DNA of 22,589 nucleotides, taken from Octopus sinensis (Eukaryota). The position numbers and the translations under genes are program-made. How positions within the stretch are numbered: position 1 is the stretch's first letter; each line of letters starts with the position of its first letter. Location of the stretch: positions 1 through 22,589 of the forward strand of contig NW_021836767.1 in the NCBI RefSeq assembly GCF_006345805.1. The letters are read 5' to 3'. Positions 21,787 through 22,589 of the stretch are shown in pieces. The notes under the pieces are model-generated. The model was given only the letters and a program-made list of their open reading frames with translations. It did not search any database and was not told the DNA's origin.

Positions 21787-21842
<56 letters not shown>

Positions 21843-21844
21843 GG

Positions 21845-21875
<31 letters not shown>

Positions 21876-21877
21876 GG

Positions 21878-21929
<52 letters not shown>

Positions 21930-21952
21930 AAGTAGTAGTAGTAGTGGTGGGG

Positions 21953-21985
<33 letters not shown>

Positions 21986-22060
21986 ATGGTGGTGGTGGTG
22001 GTGATGGTGGTGGTGTTGGTGGTGGCGGCGGCGGTGGTGGTGTTAGTAGTAGTAGTTGTG
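21787..22060. repeat. (GTA)n/(GGT)n trinucleotide array
   Basis: Directly visible; source of the poly-L, poly-T and poly-V ORFs. Confidence 0.96.
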
Positions 22061-22266
22061 GTGTTTGTAACTGAAGCATTGTTACCATTGGACTCGAGCC
22101 AAAGTGTGTGATGAGTCATTGACGGTTGGTTAATAAGGAGAAACAGTAGAAATACGTAGAACGGTCTAGTGTTTTGGTGATGACGACGGTTTGCGCGGCG
22201 GTGCAGGCACGGGTTCGGGTTTAACCGTAAGATGGTGAGTGGGGACGGTGGGGGAGTGGGAGAAAA

Positions 22267-22269
<3 letters not shown>

Positions 22270-22316
<47 letters not shown>

Positions 22317-22427
22317 TGTGTATGTATGTATGTGTTGTAAGTTATAAATAATTGTGATGAAGAATCCAGAAGAGTTCAGAAAGGATGGACAGGTAGGTAA
22401 TATATGACAAATCAGTATATATATATG

Positions 22428-22462
<35 letters not shown>

Positions 22463-22555
22463 TATATATATGTATATATGATTTATGTATATATAAGTGT
22501 GCGTTTATATATATATATATATCATATAGCGTATATTATCTATAATCTATCTATC

Positions 22556-22586
<31 letters not shown>

Positions 22587-22589
22587 ATC
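22270..22589. repeat. (GA)n, (TA)n and (TATC)n microsatellites
   Basis: Directly visible. Confidence 0.93.

Noticed and set aside
21744-22119. Poly-Leu/Pro, poly-Thr (mucin-like) and poly-Val ORFs
   Set aside because: Translations of (GTA)n/(GGT)n; no signal peptide or unique domain.
22140-22240. Strong-looking donor ATG|gtgagt after a GC-rich stretch
   Set aside because: No acceptor giving an open frame upstream; an isolated splice consensus is not enough.

Overview
Eukaryotic, repeat-saturated non-coding DNA, most likely from an Octopus (coleoid cephalopod) intron or intergenic region; the species call is inferred from recognising the SINE families and the microsatellite load. I find no intact protein-coding gene, RNA gene or CRISPR array, and most ORFs in the supplied track are read-throughs of simple repeats. 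The window holds long microsatellites, at least five tRNA-headed or tailed SINE-like families (working labels A-E, plus unclassified family X; not database names), two non-autonomous Helitron-like elements, a possible Tc1/pogo-type MITE, and three decayed autonomous retroelements recognisable by hand translation: Ty3/Gypsy RNase H + integrase (+, ~6914-7985), an RTE-like LINE (-, ~9430-11290) and an R4/Dong-like LINE endonuclease end (-, ~19655-20734), each interrupted by younger SINEs. The most unusual structures are a 30/33-bp minisatellite resembling a segment of family X, a Helitron flanked by a 14-bp direct repeat, a locally templated inverted SINE fragment that makes its host self-complementary, a cryptic ~177-bp periodicity in the second Helitron, and two inverted-repeat structures. 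I cannot support a new biological system from sequence alone.
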